From Candidatus Latescibacterota bacterium (lineage in GTDB: Bacteria; Latescibacterota; UBA2968; GCA-2709665), in contig OZ244744.1 in the NCBI GenBank assembly GCA_965219455.1, positions 1,504,001-1,568,000 on the forward strand: 64,000 bases of DNA, read 5' to 3'. How positions within the stretch are numbered: the stretch's first letter is position 1; the number at the start of each line of letters is the position of its first letter. The position numbers and the translations under genes were made by a program. A model generated the notes under the pieces. The model had not been told where the DNA came from and made no database searches. It worked only from the letters and a program-made list of their open reading frames with translations. Shown here piece after piece: positions 19,483 through 28,450 of this stretch.

Positions 19483-20862
19483 ATGGCCTACATGCCAACG
19501 ATCGCCGGCAGCAAAGTGGCGATATCGATATCGGAAAGCCCGGACATGTCAGTGTTGGGGCTGAGCAACGCGCATCTGCGCGACGCCATGGACAGGCTTG
19601 CCCTTCACTTGCTCTCGTCCGGTGCTCGTCTCGCTTCCGGGGGCGATCTCCGGGCGTATGGCTTTACGGAATGGTTGTTTGAACTGGTAAGTCGCTACCG
19701 GCGCGAAACGAGCGAGGTTCAGATTGGCGTGACCAACTACCTTGCATGGCCGGTCCATATACGGATGGCAACAGACGAACTTGAAGCGATTTCCGCCGGC
19801 CTTGCCGACACCGGGGAGTTGGTCTGCCTCACGCAGGATGGCCACCACTTGGATCCCTCCGTGTGGAGCAAACGTCCGCTACATCAACCCACCAACGAGG
19901 AATGGGCCGCGGGGTTGACCGCCATGCGTCGCGTCGTGCGCAGAGCGACGCACGCCAGAGTCGTGCTGGGCGGCCGCGTCACCGGTTACAAGGGCGTCAT
20001 GCCAGGTATTGCGGAAGAGGCCCTGCTATCACTCCGGAAAAGACAGCCCCTGTTCCTGCTGGGCGGTTTCGGCGGCTGTACACGGGATATTGCGGAAACC
20101 CTTGGCCTGGTTGACCGTTGGGCAGGCTCCCGCCCAGTATGGCCGGGCCGTGAGAAATTCGAGGAGTTCTCTTCCGACTTGAGCAATGGGCTTTCAGAAG
20201 AAGAGAACGCCACCCTCGCCCGTACACCACATATCGACCAGGCGAACGTTCTGGTCCTTCGGGGGCTACATCGCCTTGGACTGCGAAAGGAAAGGGAGAT
20301 AAATCAGGCTAATAGACACAAAGCCTTCATCAGCTTTTGCCACGACGATCAGGAGTACAAAGACCTGTTTGTCCACATGATGGGAGATGACATTGTCGAT
20401 AAATCGGTCGAAGACGGCGACATAGACGACGACAACATCAAGACAGAAACCATTCGCCAGAAAATCCGCGACGATTTCATTGCAGATGCAACCGTGACAG
20501 TCGCGCTGATAGGCCCTCGCACCTGGCAACGGAAGCACGTGGATTGGGAGATCGGTTCCAGTCTGAGAGACACCAAAAAGAACCCCAGGTGCGGTCTGTT
20601 GGGCATCCTTCTCCCCAATCACCCGGATTTCGGGACAAAAACGTACAATCCGCGGCTGATACCGCCGAGGCTGGCGGATAACTGCGAGGGAGACGATTCC
20701 TACGCATGCATTTATGATTGGCCCGGCCAGCGGGCAACGGAACGCATTCGCCAATGGATCCATAGGGCATTTGAGAGAAGGAAGGGAACGCCGTCCGACA
20801 ACAGCCGGGTTCAATTCAAGCGCAATAGAACAGGTAGCTGTTCAGACGGATGGAGCGAATAG
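19483..20862 (+). CDS. SLOG-domain protein fused to a C-terminal ThsB/DUF1863-like TIR domain
   Basis: N-terminal AISISESPD..GGDLR..VVLGG..PGIAEEA..LLGGFGG (SLOG); C-terminal KAFISF.H..IRQKIRD..VTVALIG.T.RKHVDWEI (ThsB-type TIR). Confidence 0.85.
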   Translation: MAYMPTIAGSKVAISISESPDMSVLGLSNAHLRDAMDRLALHLLSSGARLASGGDLRAYGFTEWLFELVSRYRRETSEVQIGVTNYLAWPVHIRMATDELEAISAGLADTGELVCLTQDGHHLDPSVWSKRPLHQPTNEEWAAGLTAMRRVVRRATHARVVLGGRVTGYKGVMPGIAEEALLSLRKRQPLFLLGGFGGCTRDIAETLGLVDRWAGSRPVWPGREKFEEFSSDLSNGLSEEENATLARTPHIDQANVLVLRGLHRLGLRKEREINQANRHKAFISFCHDDQEYKDLFVHMMGDDIVDKSVEDGDIDDDNIKTETIRQKIRDDFIADATVTVALIGPRTWQRKHVDWEIGSSLRDTKKNPRCGLLGILLPNHPDFGTKTYNPRLIPPRLADNCEGDDSYACIYDWPGQRATERIRQWIHRAFERRKGTPSDNSRVQFKRNRTGSCSDGWSE

Positions 20863-20993
20863 ACCGGTTCCAAAGAAGCTGGTTACAGGTTTAACATCAG
20901 CCTGCGATCAATTCATTTCAATCCTGCGACGTTTTGCGTTGCACTCGAACTGCGGCGCAATTGCAATGCATCGCCAGAAAGACGACGGCAACC

Positions 20994-21542
20994 ATAGCTA
21001 CTCCCAATCCTATCGTCAAGTTTACATACGAAGACTTCCGAAATACGCCGGAAGACAAGCGATACGAGCTTTTGGACGGAGAGTTGGTTACGGTCCCTAC
21101 GCCTGGAGAACTTCACCAGAGTGTTTCCGCCCAGTTTGGGTGGAGATTGGTTCAATTCGCATCCGAAAACAATTTGGGGCGGGTCTATCACGCTCCCTTT
21201 GACGTGGTGCTGTCGGATACGGACGTGGTGCAGCCCGACCTGCTCTTCGTCTCCAATGAGCGTACCCACATTATCACTCCAGAGAACATACAGGGTACAC
21301 CGGACCTGGTCGTCGAAGTCCTGTCGCCCTCCACGGCTACACGTGACAGGACATTCAAGCGCACCCTCTATGCCAGGCATGGCGTGAAAGAGTACTGGAT
21401 GGTGGACACCACCGCAATAGACGTAACGGTCCTGCTGCTTGGTAATCGAGGATTCGAGGTTGCGGACGTCTACGGCGAAGGGGAGGCGTTGACTTCGCCG
21501 ACGTTGCGAGGCTTCAGACTCAAGATCGACGATATATTCTAA
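20994..21542 (+). CDS. Uma2-family PD-(D/E)xK endonuclease
   Basis: FTYED..PEDKRYELLDGEL, VVQPDL, PDLVVEVLSPST..RD..K..YA..GV.EYW. The expected start position reads ATA. Confidence 0.88.
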   Translation: MATPNPIVKFTYEDFRNTPEDKRYELLDGELVTVPTPGELHQSVSAQFGWRLVQFASENNLGRVYHAPFDVVLSDTDVVQPDLLFVSNERTHIITPENIQGTPDLVVEVLSPSTATRDRTFKRTLYARHGVKEYWMVDTTAIDVTVLLLGNRGFEVADVYGEGEALTSPTLRGFRLKIDDIF

Positions 21543-21727
21543 ACAGTCTGAGGTAATGTATCGGGGATTGAGCGACAAAAGGCTCAAGGGATGGTGAACG
21601 ACAAGGCGTAGGTGAATAGTCGCGCGTCTCTCGTCGATCCATTCAAAAAAGCTATTCGGTTGCAACTTCAACAGGAAAACCGAGGCGACGATGGCCTCGG
21701 TATCTTTTTGACTTCCAAGCAAGAACA

Positions 21728-21925
21728 TCAGATTACAAAAAAGCTCGCCTTTGGCCTGGGTTGGCTGACAGGCGTATCGTCAACCGGACGTCGAGACCCA
21801 TAAGTGTCTCCAAGTCGGTATTTCGCTTTTTTTGCCGGTGGGCATTGCGAAAACAACGCCTGGTTTTTCTCGAAAACCTCTCTTGCCTTGGGATTTTTCT
21901 CAATAAGCTCATTAATGTCTAACAT
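21728..21925 (-). CDS. Small hypothetical protein (65 aa)
   Basis: GGGGAG SD before ATG; TGATG overlap with a downstream start codon. Confidence 0.55.
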   Translation of the reverse strand: MLDINELIEKNPKAREVFEKNQALFSQCPPAKKAKYRLGDTYGSRRPVDDTPVSQPRPKASFFVI

Positions 21926-22021
21926 GTTTTGTTCTCCCCATCGTCTTCGATTGATTGTTTTTCGCATATGCACCAGTCGTCAAACCGCGAGATTTCGTCA
22001 AATGTTTTGGGAGCCTTGATT

Positions 22022-23284
22022 TTAAGTCGGACCTCTACGTGAATCTCCGAAAGTAAAGCGCATCTGGCTGGACATCACAATTCGGTCGACAGTTCTGAGT
22101 CTTTGCAACGTCGGCGAACGGACTTTACCGTTGGCGCCCAGAATCTCAATCTCGCCTTCGCGAAAAAGCTGCAGTACGATCGAATCGAGATCCGAATAAC
22201 GGGCAGCCGTTCTGTTTGCGAACCTGTGCCGCATCGCGTCAATCGTGACAGGTTCTTCGGATGCCAAACTGAAGAGCTCCCGGGGCATGTCATTCAGAAG
22301 CTGCGTGTGCATTTTATTTTGGTCCATTTCAGTAAAGCTAAAGAGCGGCATCGTTCCAGGATCCCTTAATGTGTCCCAACCCAGCATCCCGAAATCGCCA
22401 GAACCATAGTGTTCAAACGTATTCTGTATTTCCCAATGACGTTGAATCATAACGTCGCGTGCCGTCGGATGTTTTGACAGATGTAGAAACCACAAAGCGC
22501 GACGCGATTCTCTTGGACGTATGAAAAAGGGCGTATCGTAAGTCGCGCCCGTTACTAGACGAATGTGCTCGCGCAGCGTCCTTTGAGCGAGCGCTCTTCC
22601 TGTGTTGCCATTCTTGAGTTGAATCAAGTCGTATATCTGTGATTCAGTCAATTCAAGTGGCGCGACCATCTTGATCATTTCGGGCGTTAGTGAAAGATGA
22701 TTATAGAGGGCATCTGCGGCAAATGTCAAAATGACCTCAGCCGCCGGCAGTTCGCGCAGTATTTTGGCTACATTCATGAGTTGCACTTGCGAGAATCCGG
22801 TCTGGTCCAGAAGAAAGATCGCGCGACCGGCGCGAGGTTGGCGGTGCTTGATTGCGGTCAGGATGTTTTCGACCTCGTCTTCAAATGGGCTGTTAAGGAC
22901 AACGATTCTGGCATCATCCAACGCGTATTCTCGCTCCCTTAAGACCTTTCGAAGATGATCTGCGTGGGTCGCTTCTTTGTCGATGAAATAGCACTTACAA
23001 TCGAAACGCAGGGGCTTGGTGCGATTTTCGTTCAGCCTCTCCAGCGCCGCTTTGCTCTCTTCCAGCATAATCAGAGGCGTCCCTGAGACGATTTTTTCGC
23101 CATCCCGAAAGGTGCCACCCCCCGCAAAGCCATCGACAAGATCGATTTTGAATTCTGCGCGACTTGGATTGACATTCAGCCTGTCGAAATAGGCGCGAAG
23201 GTAGCTACGCAAAACATCCAGCTTCGCTTTGCTGTGTTCTTCAATAGAAGGTGGAGGTTCCTCAGGGTGCCAGTTGAAATTCAC
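22022..23284 (-). CDS. tcmP: Three-Cys-motif partner protein (TcmP-like, SAM-MTase-like fold)
   Basis: HSKAKLDVLRSYL, VDGFAGGG, GTPL, FLLDQTG; adjacent to DUF5131; GTG start. Confidence 0.85.
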   Translation of the reverse strand: MNFNWHPEEPPPSIEEHSKAKLDVLRSYLRAYFDRLNVNPSRAEFKIDLVDGFAGGGTFRDGEKIVSGTPLIMLEESKAALERLNENRTKPLRFDCKCYFIDKEATHADHLRKVLREREYALDDARIVVLNSPFEDEVENILTAIKHRQPRAGRAIFLLDQTGFSQVQLMNVAKILRELPAAEVILTFAADALYNHLSLTPEMIKMVAPLELTESQIYDLIQLKNGNTGRALAQRTLREHIRLVTGATYDTPFFIRPRESRRALWFLHLSKHPTARDVMIQRHWEIQNTFEHYGSGDFGMLGWDTLRDPGTMPLFSFTEMDQNKMHTQLLNDMPRELFSLASEEPVTIDAMRHRFANRTAARYSDLDSIVLQLFREGEIEILGANGKVRSPTLQRLRTVDRIVMSSQMRFTFGDSRRGPT

Positions 23285-24023
23285 AGTTCGTCTCCGCTGT
23301 AGAGTAGACAGGCATGGCGTTGTACTCGATCCCTTTGAGGCGTCGCCCACCGGATTTTGAGGTCAGTCCGCCCCATTGCTTGAAGAAGAAATCGACCCCA
23401 TTCCGTTCGCAGATTTCCTTGACTTCGATTACCCAACATTCTTTCATGGGCCGAGCGTTTGGACCGCTCTCGCCGCCAACGATAACCCAGGATATCCCTT
23501 CCAGGTCGATTTCTCCCACAGGACCCAAAAGTGGTTCTATTGAAAGGAATCGAATCGGTACCGGTGCCTTCTGGAGGTGCCGGATTCTCGCGGTTGCGGT
23601 GTGGTCTTCGACGGAGACTCCGCACCAGATGTGTCGCGGTGCTGTTCCGTGCCCATATCTTCCCTGCAGATAATTCTGCATTAGTGAACTTCGTTTTGTC
23701 AGGACCTGAAAAATGTGACGGTCGGCATCCTCCATCGTTTCGAAGACGCGATCTATAAAATGTCTCGGAATCCTATTGTGAAACAGGTCACTCATCGAAT
23801 TCACAAATACTCTTCGCGGGCGTTTCCATGAAAGCGGTTGGGAAAGCCGCTCTGGTCGGAGCGTGAGCTCGAACCCGTTTTCGAATGGATGGCCCTTTAC
23901 GCCGCGAAACCTTTCGGCAATTCGCTCGGCGTAACAGTTGTCGCAGCCACGCGTGACTTTGGTGCAGCCGGTGACTGGATTCCACGTTGCGTCGGTCCAT
24001 TCAATCGCAGACTTGTCGGCCAT
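23262..24023 (-). CDS. DUF5131 / phage Gp37-Gp68 family protein
   Basis: IEWTDATWNPVTGCTKVTRGCDNCYA (Cx6Cx2C), FVNSMSDLFH, WVIVGGESG, FFFKQWGG. Confidence 0.93.
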   Translation of the reverse strand: MADKSAIEWTDATWNPVTGCTKVTRGCDNCYAERIAERFRGVKGHPFENGFELTLRPERLSQPLSWKRPRRVFVNSMSDLFHNRIPRHFIDRVFETMEDADRHIFQVLTKRSSLMQNYLQGRYGHGTAPRHIWCGVSVEDHTATARIRHLQKAPVPIRFLSIEPLLGPVGEIDLEGISWVIVGGESGPNARPMKECWVIEVKEICERNGVDFFFKQWGGLTSKSGGRRLKGIEYNAMPVYSTAETNCEFQLAP

Positions 24024-24252
24024 CTGAACAATCCTCTATGGAGTGAAGTTTGTCAATTTGACCTTGCTGTTCCGTTTTGATCGTTCCGTACGCGCCGATA
24101 TTTCGTCAGACAATTCATACTCTGACTTGAGTGCGGAAATTTTGGGTAAGAGAAAGATCTGAAATTACATTAAAGACGATTGATTGTGATAGTTGCGAAC
24201 GCCAATCTCTGATGGATGTTTTCCTATTGGCTCGTTAATCGCATCGTGCAAT

Positions 24253-25395
24253 CTAACTGACGATTTCCTCCCGATGTGTCTTGTAGGATTCCTCGTAAAA
24301 GGTCAATATATCCACGTCCGGAACTTCGTCCGGCGCAAAGTGCCACCTTACAACGATCTTGTCGCCATCGACGGCGATCACTTTAAGGTCAAAGAAGACT
24401 TCCTGTTTTTCGAATGTATGGGATAGCACATCCCGCACAAGCTTCAGATCCGCCGGGAAAGCGGGCCCTTTTCTGGGCGCGGTGAGTTCCACATGCACAA
24501 ATTGCGGCGTCCGTTGCATCAATGAATCCGAACCGATTACGGGCGCCAGTATGCCGAGATTGTACTGAATTGTCCTGTCCTTGTGATCGTCGACAACAAT
24601 CTCCCCCGCCAGCGCACGGACGAGCACGCGTACGAAACGCACCAAACAGTCAATCTGGTTGCTGGTCAGCGCGAGGGTGGCGCCCGTCCTGACATTTGAA
24701 AGCGTCAATGTATCTCCGGATACGCAAAAGCTATTTCTGTGTACGACTTCGTCCCGGTAGGGCAGCAGTTCGCAATAAAGCGACCTCGCACAGGCGAAGA
24801 GACGGGCATGGCAATCGAAAAACGTCGGTAATTGGAGATCGTCTTCTTTTTTAAACAACTCCATCTTCGCCTCGGAATGACAAGGGATCTTTCGGATTTT
24901 GCCCAGCTCGCAATTCTCTTCAAATATCAACTCGAAGATCATCTCGAGCGCCTTGAAGGAAGCGACAAGAGTGAGGGGCATTACGGCATGCATTGGCGAT
25001 AAGTCACGAAAGACCTTCTCTTCGAGTTTCTTCTCCGATCGTGCCGGTAAATTCCAGGACTCCTCACCGCTCGTGACCCTGAGCACTGGAAATGTGTCGT
25101 TATTCCGGGCCATCTCGTAACGCTTTTCCAGAAAGCCAAGAAACCATCCCTCGTAATCCAGCTTGGCCCTAAACGGCGTGATCTGGGCGTCTGCCGTGTC
25201 CCTGGCTTTTAGTCCTGATCCTGTATTCTCGAGACGTTGTGCCGCCTCCGGCGTGTAAAGACGTTCCCCACATTTCAGGCACACGTCGGTCCGCATTCTT
25301 ACGGTCTCCCTTACAACGCCTCCTCGCAATCCCTTCTCGACTTCTCTTTCAACAATCTGGCCGCCACACACCGGACATCTGCCAAAGGACGCCAT
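24253..25395 (-). CDS. YgiT-type zinc-finger fused to an unknown (HEPN-like?) domain
   Basis: N-terminal CPVCGG..VEK..VCLKCGERLY; later YRDEVVH. Confidence 0.7.
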   Translation of the reverse strand: MASFGRCPVCGGQIVEREVEKGLRGGVVRETVRMRTDVCLKCGERLYTPEAAQRLENTGSGLKARDTADAQITPFRAKLDYEGWFLGFLEKRYEMARNNDTFPVLRVTSGEESWNLPARSEKKLEEKVFRDLSPMHAVMPLTLVASFKALEMIFELIFEENCELGKIRKIPCHSEAKMELFKKEDDLQLPTFFDCHARLFACARSLYCELLPYRDEVVHRNSFCVSGDTLTLSNVRTGATLALTSNQIDCLVRFVRVLVRALAGEIVVDDHKDRTIQYNLGILAPVIGSDSLMQRTPQFVHVELTAPRKGPAFPADLKLVRDVLSHTFEKQEVFFDLKVIAVDGDKIVVRWHFAPDEVPDVDILTFYEESYKTHREEIVS

Positions 25396-25493
25396 CAAAG
25401 GGTCCTCCTCGTTCGCCAATTGATCCAACGGATCGGATTCGGGCGATAAACGGTAATCAGTATTGCTCTTTGATTCTTCTCATTGTAAGTCCA
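25395..25493 (-). pseudogene. 3' remnant of a DUF4258-like toxin gene
   Basis: WTYNEKNQRAILITVYRPNPIRWINWRTRRTL*, TGATG-coupled to the YgiT gene; no N-terminal part. Confidence 0.7.
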
Positions 25494-25537
25494 TCCATGT
25501 GGATATTTCTTGGCAATCCCCGATGATACTGAACATA

Positions 25538-25566
25538 AGTATAGTATTTTCATCTTCCGGTGTCAA
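25538..25566 (-). promoter_or_regulatory. Near-consensus sigma70 promoter facing into the island
   Basis: TTGACA-17-TATACT on the minus strand. Confidence 0.7.
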
Positions 25567-25649
25567 GGCGAGGTTGGACGAATTCGTTAGGTCTCGAAGC
25601 CTGGATCGACTGGGTGTTCGGTTCTTGCGCCTTTATCCTGTCCATCCTG

Positions 25650-25682
25650 CCTGCCTGTGCGTGTGGGACGCACGCAGACAGG
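25650..25682. repeat. 33-bp palindromic element CCTGCCTGTGCG..CGCAGACAGG
   Basis: Imperfect hairpin; related copy in reverse orientation at 52374..52409. Confidence 0.65.
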
Positions 25683-25745
25683 TCCATCCATGTAAGTTTC
25701 TTCGGTCTTCGCGAAATCACCTCAATCACGATCTGATGTTTCGGG

Positions 25746-25774
25746 TTGACAGGGTCTATTTCCCGCCGTACTTT
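25746..25774 (+). promoter_or_regulatory. Putative sigma70 promoter
   Basis: TTGACA-17-TACTTT upstream of 25913. Confidence 0.5.
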
Positions 25775-25912
25775 GCCAACTGCTCGCCTATTTTGGTCTA
25801 AATTACGGGCCCCCGTGTTGCGTCAGCCGTCCGGGACATGCCACGCCTGTAGAACGCATTTTGATTGCCTGGCAGGCGCTTAATACCGATGCCAGCTTAT
25901 AATGGAGAAGCC

Positions 25913-27199
25913 ATGATCCAACTCGCCACTTTCCAATCCGACGTGACGCCGCCGCTGGGCCATCCGCTTTGTGCGGGGTGGTATCCTCCGGCCAAAGGCA
26001 TCCTGGACCCGCTGGCTGCTCTGGGGTTGATTCTGGTGCCGGACGATCAATCGCCTCTGGTCCTGTGCGCCCTGGACTGGGCCGAATTGAGCAACGGCGA
26101 TTACGACCGCTGGCGCGAAGCACTGGCCGTGGCCGTGGGCACCGGGGCCGATCGGGTGGCCGTGCACTGCACCCACGCCCACGATACCCCCTGGCCCGAC
26201 CGCGATGCCCAGAACATTCTCGACGCCCACGGGCATCCCGACGTCATTATGGCTGGCGACTGGGCCGAAAAGGTGCGGACCCGGGCGGCGCAGGCAGCCG
26301 GCGAAGCCATGTCCAGACTGCAGCCCTGCACGCATCTTTCCGTGGGCGAGGCAAGGGTCGACCGGATTGCCTCCAATCGGCGGGTGATGGGGGCTGACGG
26401 CAAGGTGGCCGCCGTGCGCTGGACCAGGACTCCGAATCCAGACGTGCGCGCCGCGCCCGAGGGCGTGATCGACCCCATGCTCAAGACGATCGGCTATTAC
26501 CATCAGGATACGCCACTGGCCCTCGTACATTACTATGCCACACATCCAACCAGCATGGACGGCACGGGGCTGGTGACGCCCGAATTCGTCGGCCTGGCCC
26601 GCAACCGCCGCACGGAGGAAAGCGGGGTGCCGCACATCTACTTCACCGGCTGCGCGGGTAACGTCACCGCTGGAAAGTACAACGACGGCGTGGCCGACAA
26701 CCGTGAATTGTTCGCCGGGCGAATCCACAGGGCTATGTTGGAAGCGGAGCAGGGCAGTACGCGGCAACCCCTGGAGCGCGTGCGCTGGACGGTCGAGCCG
26801 GTTCGGCTGCCGCCGAGGGAGGATCTGGTCGAGGAAGACCTGCTGGCGGAAATCGCGTCGTCGGCCCCCGGGGCCAAAGGACACAGCAAAGCCGCCCTCA
26901 TGGTGACGTATCTGCGACGCCGCGAGCGGCCCATTCCCGTCACCTGCATCCATCTCAACGACCGGGTGGCGGTGGTGAATTTACCGGGCGAGATCTTTAT
27001 CGAATACCAGCTGCACGCCCATGCGAGCCGTCCGGACGCCTTTGTCGCCGTGGCGGGGTACGGAGATCTGGGCACCGGTTACATCACTATGGAGACATCC
27101 TTTGCCGAGGGTGGCTACGAGCCGGTGGACGCCTTCGTGTCCGGGCAGTCGGAAAAAATCGTTCGCGCCGCCATCGACACGGTCCTGCGGGCGGGTTGA
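25913..27199 (+). CDS. Neutral/alkaline ceramidase-like hydrolase
   Basis: DVTPPLG, HCTHAHD, YATHP, GCAGNV, LPGE.FIEY; GGAG SD. Confidence 0.75.
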   Translation: MIQLATFQSDVTPPLGHPLCAGWYPPAKGILDPLAALGLILVPDDQSPLVLCALDWAELSNGDYDRWREALAVAVGTGADRVAVHCTHAHDTPWPDRDAQNILDAHGHPDVIMAGDWAEKVRTRAAQAAGEAMSRLQPCTHLSVGEARVDRIASNRRVMGADGKVAAVRWTRTPNPDVRAAPEGVIDPMLKTIGYYHQDTPLALVHYYATHPTSMDGTGLVTPEFVGLARNRRTEESGVPHIYFTGCAGNVTAGKYNDGVADNRELFAGRIHRAMLEAEQGSTRQPLERVRWTVEPVRLPPREDLVEEDLLAEIASSAPGAKGHSKAALMVTYLRRRERPIPVTCIHLNDRVAVVNLPGEIFIEYQLHAHASRPDAFVAVAGYGDLGTGYITMETSFAEGGYEPVDAFVSGQSEKIVRAAIDTVLRAG

Positions 27200-27215
27200 T
27201 GCAGAGGTCTGTCCG

Positions 27216-27626
27216 ATGAACGAAGAACACGTGCAAATCATAGCGAAGGACGGTGAGCCCGAATATGCGGTTATCCCGATTGTGGCGTACCGCCGCATGA
27301 CAGCGGCGCTCGAAGACGCGGACGATACTGCGGCCATCGACAGGGCATGGGCCGATGACGCCGCGGGCGAGACGGTCCCGGGTGAGGTCGTGAAGGGTAT
27401 ACTCGATGGTGGATCGCCGTTGCGGGTATGGCGAAAGCACCGGGGGTTCACGCTGGCCGCGCTTGCCCGGTTGGTTGGCGTTTCGAAGGGGTATTTGTCA
27501 CAGATTGAGAACGGGCGCAAATCCGGTACACTCGACCTGTTCCGCAGACTCGCCGGCGCGCTCGACGTGTCGATGGACCAGTTGGTCGAACCGGCGCCAC
27601 CCCCAGTTCGACGAGGGGAGGGATGA
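27216..27626 (+). CDS. XRE-family HTH regulator / antitoxin-like
   Basis: GEPEYAVIP N-terminus; PLRVWRKHRG.T...LA..VGVS.GYLSQIE.G HTH. Confidence 0.85.
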   Translation: MNEEHVQIIAKDGEPEYAVIPIVAYRRMTAALEDADDTAAIDRAWADDAAGETVPGEVVKGILDGGSPLRVWRKHRGFTLAALARLVGVSKGYLSQIENGRKSGTLDLFRRLAGALDVSMDQLVEPAPPPVRRGEG

Positions 27627-27747
27627 TCGCAGCCCGAGGAGGGAGCGGACGTTCTGCCTGCCAGGTCGGGTCCGGTGACACACGCTCAGGTATCGTCCGG
27701 CGCCGCAGGCTTTTCTTCTGTCTCTTTGCCAACAGTGAGTCAATGAT

Positions 27748-27774
27748 GTGGGCAGACAGGAATGTCTACCCCAC
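27748..27774. repeat. REP-like hairpin GTGGGCAGACAGGAATGTCTACCCCAC
   Basis: Imperfect palindrome; degenerate inverted partner near 27641..27662. Confidence 0.5.
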
Positions 27775-28307
27775 CTTCAAACCGACTTCCTCAACAGGAC
27801 AGTATTGGCCATAGAAACAAGACAGGAGCAGCGGTGTTGCGACGAGTCATCCACGGGGCATTCGTGTTCGTAATGGCATTTGTCCTGATGGGACCGTTTT
27901 CGCACTTCATGGTCGCGCAGTCCGGCTGGCTCCACGCGATGGGGTTGGGGTTGGGATGGGGTCTGGCGCTGGGATTGATCGTGGGTCTGGGCAGCGACAT
28001 CAGCACAGGCATTGGGATGGTGCTGGGTCTGGGAGTCGGCGCCGGGGTTTACTGGGGCCCGTTCGACGGGGTGATCGTCGGGTTTGTCGCGGCCATACCG
28101 GCCGCCATGGGCGTGGGCTTTGTATCGGTGCTGCTGGACTGGAGCCTTGGAGCGGGGCTCTTCTGGGGTCTGTCGCTCGGCATCAGCGCCGTCTTGCTGG
28201 TATTGTTGGAGGGCGGATGGGTCGTTTTCGCGGCCGCCGCCACAGGGTGCGTAGCCGGGCTTGGCGTGCGGGTTCTGCTGAGGCTTTGGTCGACGCGAAG
28301 CGGGTGA
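27762..28307 (+). CDS. Gly-rich multi-pass membrane protein (start uncertain)
   Basis: Several hydrophobic GLGLG-type segments. Confidence 0.55.
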   Translation: MSTPPSNRLPQQDSIGHRNKTGAAVLRRVIHGAFVFVMAFVLMGPFSHFMVAQSGWLHAMGLGLGWGLALGLIVGLGSDISTGIGMVLGLGVGAGVYWGPFDGVIVGFVAAIPAAMGVGFVSVLLDWSLGAGLFWGLSLGISAVLLVLLEGGWVVFAAAATGCVAGLGVRVLLRLWSTRSG

Positions 28308-28450
28308 CGCGCGCGAACCGGCGGGTTCCCGGCAACGCGCCTGCCACGTTGAGGAAACACTGGTAAGCGCGAACGCCTCCAATCCGATAGCAGCCGCTCA
28401 ATCGCTCCACTTTTTGAAGACGAGGATCCATATAAACCTGCCGGGAGGGC

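Noticed and set aside
480-21542. Integron with attC sites
   Set aside because: No IntI and no recurring RYYYAAC..GTTRRRY palindromes noticed; the separators are gene fragments.
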